NCBI GenBank assembly: GCA_031256445.1
Contig: JAIRQN010000107.1
Span: forward strand, 10,401 to 74,400
Length of the DNA stretch: 64,000 bases
From: Treponema sp.
Lineage (GTDB): Bacteria > Spirochaetota > Spirochaetia > Treponematales > Breznakiellaceae
Direction: 5' to 3'
Shown: piece after piece, positions 36,860 to 44,425 of the stretch
Layout: each line of letters starts with the position of its first letter
How positions within the stretch are numbered: the stretch's first letter is position 1
Translations under genes and position numbers: made by a program
Notes under the pieces: generated by a model
Told to the model about the DNA's origin: nothing
The model's input: only the letters and a program-made list of their open reading frames with translations
Database searches by the model: none

Positions 36860-39451
36860 TTACCAGAGAACCGGTACGCCATTCACAAAACGCCAGCATC
36901 CGTATGCGTTTGTTTCAGAATAACAGTAAATGGCTGTAGAGTTCAGTATCCTGTCATTACTGTATTGAATACCCTTTCCTCCAGACGGATTCGTGGTATC
37001 ATAAGAATCTTCCCATCTTTTAAAATCTTCCCATTCCGTTTCTGTTCCGCCGTAATAAACAATAATCGGGCTGGTAATTTGTTTTTCCAAGCCAGGGTTG
37101 TCAGTATCCGGATAGTATGCGCTAAACGCATTGTCACTGATACATACCATGCTTTTCGGTATAACAACATATTGCAAGGGACTATAATCATAAATATTTA
37201 AAGTTTTAAACGCGTTAAATTCAATTTTCTTTATTCCCTCTTTTAATATAATACTTGTCAAGCCGTTGCATCTGTAAAACGCATTATTACTGATAGTTTC
37301 CACGCTGCCTGGTATCTCAACGCTCGCCAGGTTTGAGCAATAAGCGAATGCATAATAATCGATACTTGTTACACCGTCTGGAATCACAATGCTCGTAAGG
37401 TTTGTGCAGCTGGAAAATGCAGAACTGCTTATATTTGTTATACTGTTGGGTATAACTACGTTTGTAATTATTGAATTTGAAAAACCATTTCTGTTTATCG
37501 TTGTTACTGGTTTTCCCTGGTATATGGCCGGAATAATTACCTCAGAGGCGTCTGCTGAACCAATAGCGACCGAATATGCCGTGCTGTTGTCTATCAGGGT
37601 ATATAAAAGACCGGGTGTAGGCAATGTAATGCCTTCTGTCACAAGCCGATTGTCGTTTATTATTATTGAATCATAACACAGCGCATGACCGGATGATGAG
37701 CCTGCTATGTTATCATTCTGGTTAGCGGCGTCTGTATACCCGGATGTTTGGCCGTTAGAACTGCTTCCATAAATAGCGCCGCCTGTTTTATCAAATGAGC
37801 CGCCAATAATATACACGCCGCCGCCGTTTAATTTTGCGAAGTTTCCAAAGACAGATCCGCCTGTCATGACAGAGGTTGCATTATATAAATGAATGCCGCC
37901 GCTGTTGTCACTGCGATTCTCATAGAACTCTCCGCCGTTCATTGTAAAGACACTGTTTTCCATGCACATCCCGCCGCCGTATGCGCTGCCATTATAAAAA
38001 TTACCGCAGGAATTCCGGAAAATTTTTCCGCCGTTCATTGTGAAGGTTCCGTCTTTAACAAATACGCCGCCGCCGCCGGCGATGTAGTCGTAACCGAAGA
38101 GATCTGTGAAGGTTCCGTCTTTAATAAATCCGCCGTCGTCGCCGTCGTCTCCGTCTCCGGCGATGTAGTCGTAACCGAAGAGATTGCTGTAGTTATCAGA
38201 AATTTCTCCGCCGTTCATCGTAAAGGTCCCGCCCGCAATATATACGCCGCCGCCTCTGCGGTCGCTCACTCCATTGCCGCAAATTTCTCCGCCGTTCATT
38301 GTAAAGTATCCGCAGTCTGCATTCACGGCTCCTCCGTTGAAAGCTTCGCCTTTATTGTTTTTCAGAGTAACGCCGTCATTCATTACCAAAGCGCCGCTGT
38401 TCAGATAGATAAGAGATTGCCCGGATTTGCCGCCGCCGTCCAGCGTAATAACGCCGCTCATGCCGCTCATACCCAGAGTCAGAACAACGTTTTGATTCAC
38501 AACAAAAAACGAGTTTGTAAAATCGCCGTCATTTACGGAACCTCTTTTTAATGTCACACCGTTATCTGCAATTAAAGTAATGCTTTTGTTAATTGTGACA
38601 GTGCGCAATAGTTCAATCTCGCTCCCCTGTGGAAGCAAAAACCTGATAATCGCTCCTGACGGGGCGTCATTTATTGCCTGACGCAGGCTTCCGCCGGCTG
38701 GAGAATCCAATGCATCGGACGTATTTGTAACAATGCCTCCGGAAAAATCGCTGTCATTAAAATTCAGCGCCGCGGATGTAGTCAGGTCTTTGCCGATATG
38801 TACGACTTCTGTTTTGGCTGAATAGCTGAATACTCCGCTTGATTCCCTGATTAATTCCAGTTTAATCAAGTAGAATCCTGCCGGCAGATATTCACTTTCA
38901 TTGTACGGGGCGTTTAACGTTATAACGTCATTCACAGGAAGGATTTCTTCCGGCTCATCGCTTAACAGGCGCTCAATAGTAAAAGAATAGATTCTGAACC
39001 TTGCCGCGCCGGCGCCGTTATAAACTACTGTCAGGAGAAGATGCCCTTCTCCTTCGTCATAAATGGGAAGCAGGGTAACGGCGGCTTCGCCTGTTTCGCC
39101 TGCCGTAATCCGGAACGCGGCCCGTCCGTTCGCGACAGGCGCCGCTTCATCGTTTACTGTTATAAAGGCGATTACCTCTACTTCGTAGCTTCCAGGCGCA
39201 AGTATATAGCGGCTGTCCTGCGGCTGCGGCTGCTGCGCGAGAGGCTGTTCGGAGCCGGAACTGTAGAAGATGAACGCAGGTTCAAAATCAATCTCATCGG
39301 GCAGGGCTGTGCGGCCCGCAATCGGCGAAACGGAAATACGCACCGCTCCGAATCCTTCGGGTAAAGATAAATCCCGGCTGTCTGAAAAATCATTCAGGCA
39401 GCCTGTGAGTAAAAATGTTATCGCTGTTATTGTTAAAATCGCCTTTTTCAT
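36860..39451 (-). CDS. Surface lipoprotein with beta-helix-like GG-rich repeats and C-terminal BspA-type leucine-rich repeats
   Basis: Lipobox LLTGC. Repeated (G)xFTMNGGE(I)xxN units. LRR_5-like repeats IPNSITNISSSAFSSCTNLTSIVIPDGVTSIDYYAFAYCSNL. C-terminal YCYSE...CWRFVNGVPVLW. Confidence 0.8.
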   Translation of the reverse strand: MKKAILTITAITFLLTGCLNDFSDSRDLSLPEGFGAVRISVSPIAGRTALPDEIDFEPAFIFYSSGSEQPLAQQPQPQDSRYILAPGSYEVEVIAFITVNDEAAPVANGRAAFRITAGETGEAAVTLLPIYDEGEGHLLLTVVYNGAGAARFRIYSFTIERLLSDEPEEILPVNDVITLNAPYNESEYLPAGFYLIKLELIRESSGVFSYSAKTEVVHIGKDLTTSAALNFNDSDFSGGIVTNTSDALDSPAGGSLRQAINDAPSGAIIRFLLPQGSEIELLRTVTINKSITLIADNGVTLKRGSVNDGDFTNSFFVVNQNVVLTLGMSGMSGVITLDGGGKSGQSLIYLNSGALVMNDGVTLKNNKGEAFNGGAVNADCGYFTMNGGEICGNGVSDRRGGGVYIAGGTFTMNGGEISDNYSNLFGYDYIAGDGDDGDDGGFIKDGTFTDLFGYDYIAGGGGVFVKDGTFTMNGGKIFRNSCGNFYNGSAYGGGMCMENSVFTMNGGEFYENRSDNSGGIHLYNATSVMTGGSVFGNFAKLNGGGVYIIGGSFDKTGGAIYGSSSNGQTSGYTDAANQNDNIAGSSSGHALCYDSIIINDNRLVTEGITLPTPGLLYTLIDNSTAYSVAIGSADASEVIIPAIYQGKPVTTINRNGFSNSIITNVVIPNSITNISSSAFSSCTNLTSIVIPDGVTSIDYYAFAYCSNLASVEIPGSVETISNNAFYRCNGLTSIILKEGIKKIEFNAFKTLNIYDYSPLQYVVIPKSMVCISDNAFSAYYPDTDNPGLEKQITSPIIVYYGGTETEWEDFKRWEDSYDTTNPSGGKGIQYSNDRILNSTAIYCYSETNAYGCWRFVNGVPVLW
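38041..38184 (-). repeat. Tandem duplication (63 nt + 78 nt) inside the LRR protein gene
   Basis: Copy 1 at 38041-38103 and copy 2 at 38107-38184 share TGAAGGTTCCGTCTTTAA...CCGGCGATGTAGTCGTAACCGAAGAGAT. They differ by a GCC/GTC-rich insert that encodes the DGDDGDDGG run. Confidence 0.85.
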
Positions 39452-39472
39452 ATTGTCGCTCCTAATTAAAGC

Positions 39473-39508
39473 AGTCTGTCAGTTATGTGTCCGCATTATA
39501 GACAGACT
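39473..39508 (-). terminator. Intergenic hairpin between the GLUG and LRR genes (weak or partial terminator candidate)
   Basis: AGTCTGTC-N20-GACAGACT, an 8-bp stem with no clear U-run. The LRR gene RBS (AGGAG) follows on the minus strand. Confidence 0.3.
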
Positions 39509-41383
39509 CTAATTAAATGCCCGCAATGCCGCCATTTTGATAGGCCATGAATTGCCCGGCGCCGTCATAGGTTCCTGTGAAAGGCGCTTGAATGTTGTAA
39601 TACCAGTCATAAATGCCAAAGGCGGCCAATTACTTTCTCCCAGCGCGGCAATTTCAATATTAGCTGTCAATTTGTTATGCGCGTTAAGCGTCCATTTTCC
39701 ATAACCGTCTGATTCCCCGCCAACTTTGTGAAGATCCGTCTCGTTGTCAAAAAGGAACGGTTCTGCTGCATTACCCATCATCGGCACATCAGGCGGGAAA
39801 TGTTTTAACATCACTGCCCAATCAGCTTCGCTCATGCCGTCAGTCTGTCCGGCGCGGAATGCGGTATTTTGCCACCAGTTTAAGCCATTCCGCTGCTCCA
39901 ATGTTACATCTTCTCCGTCCATTACCGTTATGTTTAAACCTGTTCTGTCAAAGGATTTTATTTCCATACCGGCGCGTCCGTAATTGTTATTTAATGTTCC
40001 GCCGTTATAATATCCCGCAATCCGACCAACATAACTGAAATTGCCGGTAGATGAAACATTCGGGTTTAATGCCACACAATTTTGAATAACGCCTCGATCA
40101 TTTTCGCCCGCTATACCTCCGACATTGTTATTGCCGTATACAAGGCACACGGAGTAGCAGTTTCTTATTATGGCTCTGTTGCTTTCAGAGCCGGTATTGA
40201 ATCCCGCTATGCCGCCGATACATTGTCCGCTGCTTCCTTCTACCGTTCCTGTTGTGAAACAGTTTTCTATCGTACCCATGGTGTTACGGCCCGCTATGCC
40301 GCCTACGTTTGAAAATCCCCTAATGGAAACGTTTTTTAATCCAAGATTTTTTACTGTGCCGCCCGCTCCGATATATCCAAACATTCCCTGATCACTGTTT
40401 ACGCTGTCAATTGTCAATCCGGTAATGGTATACCCGCCGCCGTCAAAACTGCCTGTGAAAATGCCAGCAGTTTCACCTGTGCCAATCGGCGTCCAGTTGC
40501 TCATACCCGGCCTCGCCGGTTCTGACAACGTAATGTCAGCTGTCATTAAATAATGCGCGTTAAGCGTCCAGCCTCCGGCAAATGTCTGCGTTCCTGCCTT
40601 GCGCAGTTCCGCTTCGGTGGCAATACGGAACGGATTTTCCGCTGTGCCGGGTAACGCCGTATTTTCTGTTTCGCCGGGTCCTGCAACTGTAAAATAAATC
40701 CCTGTTGAATATGGGATACCGTTTATTACGGCTATTACCATTAGCTGATATGTTCCGGAATTAAAATCTTCCGCCTGAATTGTGACGCGGTCATCGTTTT
40801 GACCCGGAATTGGATAACCGTGTACAAACCATTGAATGTTGTCAAAATCGTCTGTAAAAGCGGCGGTAAAATGAGACGGCAGCCTGTTTCCGGCAAACTG
40901 CGATATTCTGACAGGGCTTTCAATATCCGGGCCGGCGGCAATTCCTCCGCGATCCGGCGACCATGATATTTCAATGTTGATGCTGTCCGGTTCAGGCTCT
41001 GGTTCAGCTCCAGGTTCTGTTGTGTAGTTCATCTGAATATCTACCGGGTTGCTGCGTCTGGCTGTTACATTAATACTTGCGGCGCCTTCGGCATATAAGT
41101 CTTCTCCCAGGAACGCCCGCACTGTTATTTCCCATTGACCCGGGTTGACCATGATCCTGGCTGTTATGACGCCGCTGTCCAGTTCAATTTCATGGTTTCC
41201 GGCTGGACCGGAAAGTGTTATTATATGCGTAAGACTGTCTGCGATTTCATGAAAAGGCTGCCAGGCTGTTCTGCCTGGGCCGAAATTTATTATAATTGCC
41301 GTTTCATTGTCCGGCTGCCAGGGGCTGAAACAGCCGGAAAACGTGAATGAACAAATAATCAGGAATAAGGATACTCTTTTCAT
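39509..41383 (-). CDS. Surface lipoprotein with GLUG-motif repeats
   Basis: The ATG at 41383 (MKRVSLFLIICSFTFSGC lipobox) follows GAGG. Repeated GGIAG.N.G.I.NC units (GGIAGRNTMGTIENCF, GGIAGFNTG..IRNCY, GGIAGENDRGVIQNCV). Confidence 0.7.
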   Translation of the reverse strand: MKRVSLFLIICSFTFSGCFSPWQPDNETAIIINFGPGRTAWQPFHEIADSLTHIITLSGPAGNHEIELDSGVITARIMVNPGQWEITVRAFLGEDLYAEGAASINVTARRSNPVDIQMNYTTEPGAEPEPEPDSINIEISWSPDRGGIAAGPDIESPVRISQFAGNRLPSHFTAAFTDDFDNIQWFVHGYPIPGQNDDRVTIQAEDFNSGTYQLMVIAVINGIPYSTGIYFTVAGPGETENTALPGTAENPFRIATEAELRKAGTQTFAGGWTLNAHYLMTADITLSEPARPGMSNWTPIGTGETAGIFTGSFDGGGYTITGLTIDSVNSDQGMFGYIGAGGTVKNLGLKNVSIRGFSNVGGIAGRNTMGTIENCFTTGTVEGSSGQCIGGIAGFNTGSESNRAIIRNCYSVCLVYGNNNVGGIAGENDRGVIQNCVALNPNVSSTGNFSYVGRIAGYYNGGTLNNNYGRAGMEIKSFDRTGLNITVMDGEDVTLEQRNGLNWWQNTAFRAGQTDGMSEADWAVMLKHFPPDVPMMGNAAEPFLFDNETDLHKVGGESDGYGKWTLNAHNKLTANIEIAALGESNWPPLAFMTGITTFKRLSQEPMTAPGNSWPIKMAALRAFN

Positions 41384-41540
41384 TTGAAGCCTCAACTTGG
41401 CTTTATTATACAGAATTTTGTGGAATTATAATAGTCATCTTATTGATAATTGTGCGATAGTTTACCTGCTTGATTTTCTGGTTAGGTTATTTTATTATAA
41501 AATCAGGAATTTTCCGTGAGTTAAGAGTAATGGGGGGTGA

Positions 41541-44402
41541 ATGGAAAATCTGAATAAAAACAGCGTACTTGTCGTTGATGATGAAAACGCAAATCTTGAT
41601 GTTCTGGACGATATACTAAGACCGGAATATACAATATATACCACCAAGAACGGTTTTTCCGCCATTGAAATGGCCGGTAAGTACTTACCGGATGTTATTT
41701 TGCTTGATATTATTCTTCCTGATATTAACGGATTTCATGTTATTTCAAAATTAAAAGCTTCTGATAAAACAAAGCATATTCCTGTCATTATTATTACCGC
41801 GCTTGATACTACGGAAGATGAAGAGAAAAGCCTGGATCTTGGAGCGGCGGATTTTATTTATAAACCTTTCAGCGCGAAAGTCATTAAGTCGCGGGTGCGC
41901 AACCAGATGCAGATTATTAATCAAATTCGCGTATCAAAACAGTACGCCCATGATATGCAGCATACGCTCGCAAGACTGGAAGCGGTAGTGAATAACTTTA
42001 AAGGCATTATCTGGAGCACCGATAAAACCGGCGTTATTACTTCATTTAACGGGCAGTACCTTAGCAGCATCGGGCTCAAATCCGAGAATATTGTGGGAAA
42101 GAAAATCGAGGATGCGCGTATTATAAACAAACATCTTGATATTATGGAATATGTCAATGATACATTCAGCGAAGGCCCGCAGGACTGGATCAGCGAAATA
42201 GACGGCAGGCATTTCCGCACGCAGACCACCCTGATACGCGATGACGCCGGTAATGTGCTTGGCGTTGTCGGCAGCACAGAAGACATAACTGAACTTACCG
42301 AGCTCCAGCAGAAACTGGAAGCCGCTGTTATAAGCGCGCAGGCCGCCAATCAGGCGAAATCCGTCTTTTTGGCCAAAATGAGTCATGAGATACGCACGCC
42401 GCTTAACGCCGTTTTGTGCATATCCGAAATTCATCATCAGAGTAAAAATCTTCCGCAGGATATCAGGGAAGCGTTCACCAGAATATATAATTCGGGCGAT
42501 CTGCTCATGGGAATTATAAATGATATTCTTGACATATCAAAAATTGAAGCCGGAAAACTTGAATTAATACAATCCTGCTATGATGTTCCGGGCATGATTA
42601 ACGAATCTGTTGTTTTAAATTCCATTAAATACAGAAACAAGCCGATTAGGCTGATTATCAACATTGATGAGAATGTTCCGGCGCAGTTGTACGGCGATGA
42701 TCTTCGCATTAAACAGATTTTAAATAATCTTTTATCCAACTCGTTTAAATATACCGCATCCGGCGAAGTGGAACTTTCGTTTAACGCTGAAGTGAACAGG
42801 GATTCTGTGACGCTTGTTATCCGCGTGCGCGACACTGGACAGGGGATGACGCAGGAACAGATAGGCATGTTATTTGACGAGTATGCGCGTTTTAATTCGG
42901 AACTGAACAAAACGACCGAAGGCACGGGTCTTGGCATGGCTATTACATATAATTTGCTGAATTTAATGAACGGCAAAATTGAAGTAGAAAGCAGTCCCGG
43001 CCGCGGCACTTTGGTTACGCTCCGTATTCCGCAGGGCAGCGCCGGAGCCGCGGCGATAGGAAAGGAAACCGCGGAAAAATTGAAACAGGTGCGTTTAAAT
43101 CTTGATATAAAAGAGGAAAAACCCCAGATTAAATACGAGCAGATGCCTTTTGGTAACGTTCTTGTCGTTGATGACGCGGAAATGAATCTGTATGTAGTCA
43201 AGGGCATACTGTCGTTTTATGGGCTGCAGGTTGACACGGCGGCAAGCGGCCTTGAAGCCATTGATCTGGTAAAGCAAAATGAGTATGACATTCTTTTTAT
43301 GGATCATATGATGCCGGGAATGGACGGCATAGAAACTGTAAAGAACATAAGAAAATGGGAAGAGGAACAAAGAAAAACCGGCGGCGAAAAGAACGCGGGT
43401 AAACCGGTGCCGATAATCGCATTGACAGCTAACGCGGTATCGGGAATGAGAGAAGTGTTTCTATCCAATGGTTTTGACGGGTTTTTATCAAAGCCGATTG
43501 TCGCGCAGGAGCTCGACGATATTATCAAAAAGTTTATGCCGTCCGATAAATTCCTGAGGACGGAAAACGAAGACAGCCGGCCACAGGCCGCAGAAAAAAC
43601 CGAGATTGATTTCATGGATGAGATCCGCAAAATAGATGAAATAAATTCAGAAGCCGGGTTGGGGCAGTTATCCGGCATGAAGGATATTTACCGCAACGCG
43701 CTGTCCATGTATGTTAATAAAGTCTTGTTTGAGTGCGAAAAAATGACGGCGCTTCTGAACGCGAAAGATATTCATAATTTTAAAATTTCTGTGCACGCGA
43801 TGAAATCAATGCTCGCCGTCATAGGCGCGTATGAACTGTCAGAGGTCGCGTATATTCTGGAAATGGCGTCGCTGAATGAAGATACGGGATACTGCACTCT
43901 GATATTCCCCGAACTGAAAGAAAAACTTTTATCCCTGTACGAAAAATTATGCGCTGTTTTCGGCAAAGCGGAAAAAGACGTTAAACATTGCGGAAAGATA
44001 CTGGTAGTGGATGATGCGGTAATGATACTGTATTTGGTCAAGGAAAAATTACTGAATTACGGACTGGATGCTGACATCGCGGAAAACGGGCCGGAAGCCA
44101 TTGAAAAAGTAAAAAAACTGCACGCGGAAAACGGCGGGTATGACATCATTTTCATGGATTTCATGTTACCTGATATGGACGGCATAAAAACGGCGGCGGG
44201 CATACGCGAATGGGAAAAACAGAACAATAAAAAAAGCAGCGTTATTATCGCCTTTACGGAAAAAGAAGAATCCCGTGATAAGGAAATGTTCCTGAATAAC
44301 GGGTTCGACGGTTTTATGTCCAAACCTGTTTTAAACGATGAACTGGAAGATATCCTCCGTGAATGGCTTCCGTCCGCGCTGGAAAGCGTTTCAGGAAAAT
44401 AA
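41541..44402 (+). CDS. Hybrid sensor histidine kinase, REC-PAS-HisKA-HATPase-REC-Hpt-REC
   Basis: N-terminal REC (VVDDE...LDIILPDINGF), PAS-like region, H-box SHEIRTPLN, LLSNSFKYT, DTGQGM, GTGLGM, second REC FMDHMMPGMDG, Hpt HAMKS, and third REC FMDFMLPDMDG. Confidence 0.9.
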   Translation: MENLNKNSVLVVDDENANLDVLDDILRPEYTIYTTKNGFSAIEMAGKYLPDVILLDIILPDINGFHVISKLKASDKTKHIPVIIITALDTTEDEEKSLDLGAADFIYKPFSAKVIKSRVRNQMQIINQIRVSKQYAHDMQHTLARLEAVVNNFKGIIWSTDKTGVITSFNGQYLSSIGLKSENIVGKKIEDARIINKHLDIMEYVNDTFSEGPQDWISEIDGRHFRTQTTLIRDDAGNVLGVVGSTEDITELTELQQKLEAAVISAQAANQAKSVFLAKMSHEIRTPLNAVLCISEIHHQSKNLPQDIREAFTRIYNSGDLLMGIINDILDISKIEAGKLELIQSCYDVPGMINESVVLNSIKYRNKPIRLIINIDENVPAQLYGDDLRIKQILNNLLSNSFKYTASGEVELSFNAEVNRDSVTLVIRVRDTGQGMTQEQIGMLFDEYARFNSELNKTTEGTGLGMAITYNLLNLMNGKIEVESSPGRGTLVTLRIPQGSAGAAAIGKETAEKLKQVRLNLDIKEEKPQIKYEQMPFGNVLVVDDAEMNLYVVKGILSFYGLQVDTAASGLEAIDLVKQNEYDILFMDHMMPGMDGIETVKNIRKWEEEQRKTGGEKNAGKPVPIIALTANAVSGMREVFLSNGFDGFLSKPIVAQELDDIIKKFMPSDKFLRTENEDSRPQAAEKTEIDFMDEIRKIDEINSEAGLGQLSGMKDIYRNALSMYVNKVLFECEKMTALLNAKDIHNFKISVHAMKSMLAVIGAYELSEVAYILEMASLNEDTGYCTLIFPELKEKLLSLYEKLCAVFGKAEKDVKHCGKILVVDDAVMILYLVKEKLLNYGLDADIAENGPEAIEKVKKLHAENGGYDIIFMDFMLPDMDGIKTAAGIREWEKQNNKKSSVIIAFTEKEESRDKEMFLNNGFDGFMSKPVLNDELEDILREWLPSALESVSGK

Positions 44403-44425
44403 CCGGCGCACGGCGGATTATTCTT

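Noticed and set aside
37889-38551. 220-aa plus-strand ORF
   Set aside because: It is antisense to the repeat region of the LRR protein gene. Its Ala/Val-rich repetitive translation mirrors the GG-rich repeats on the coding strand.
36860-41383. Diversity-generating retroelement targeting the LRR/GLUG surface proteins
   Set aside because: No reverse transcriptase gene and no template/variable repeat pair with adenine-specific differences could be found in the window. The repeats seen are simple tandem duplications.
42578-43207. 209-aa minus-strand ORF, plus other antisense ORFs inside the hybrid kinase genes
   Set aside because: It is embedded antisense in a kinase gene with unambiguous H/N/G boxes, and has no motif or RBS.
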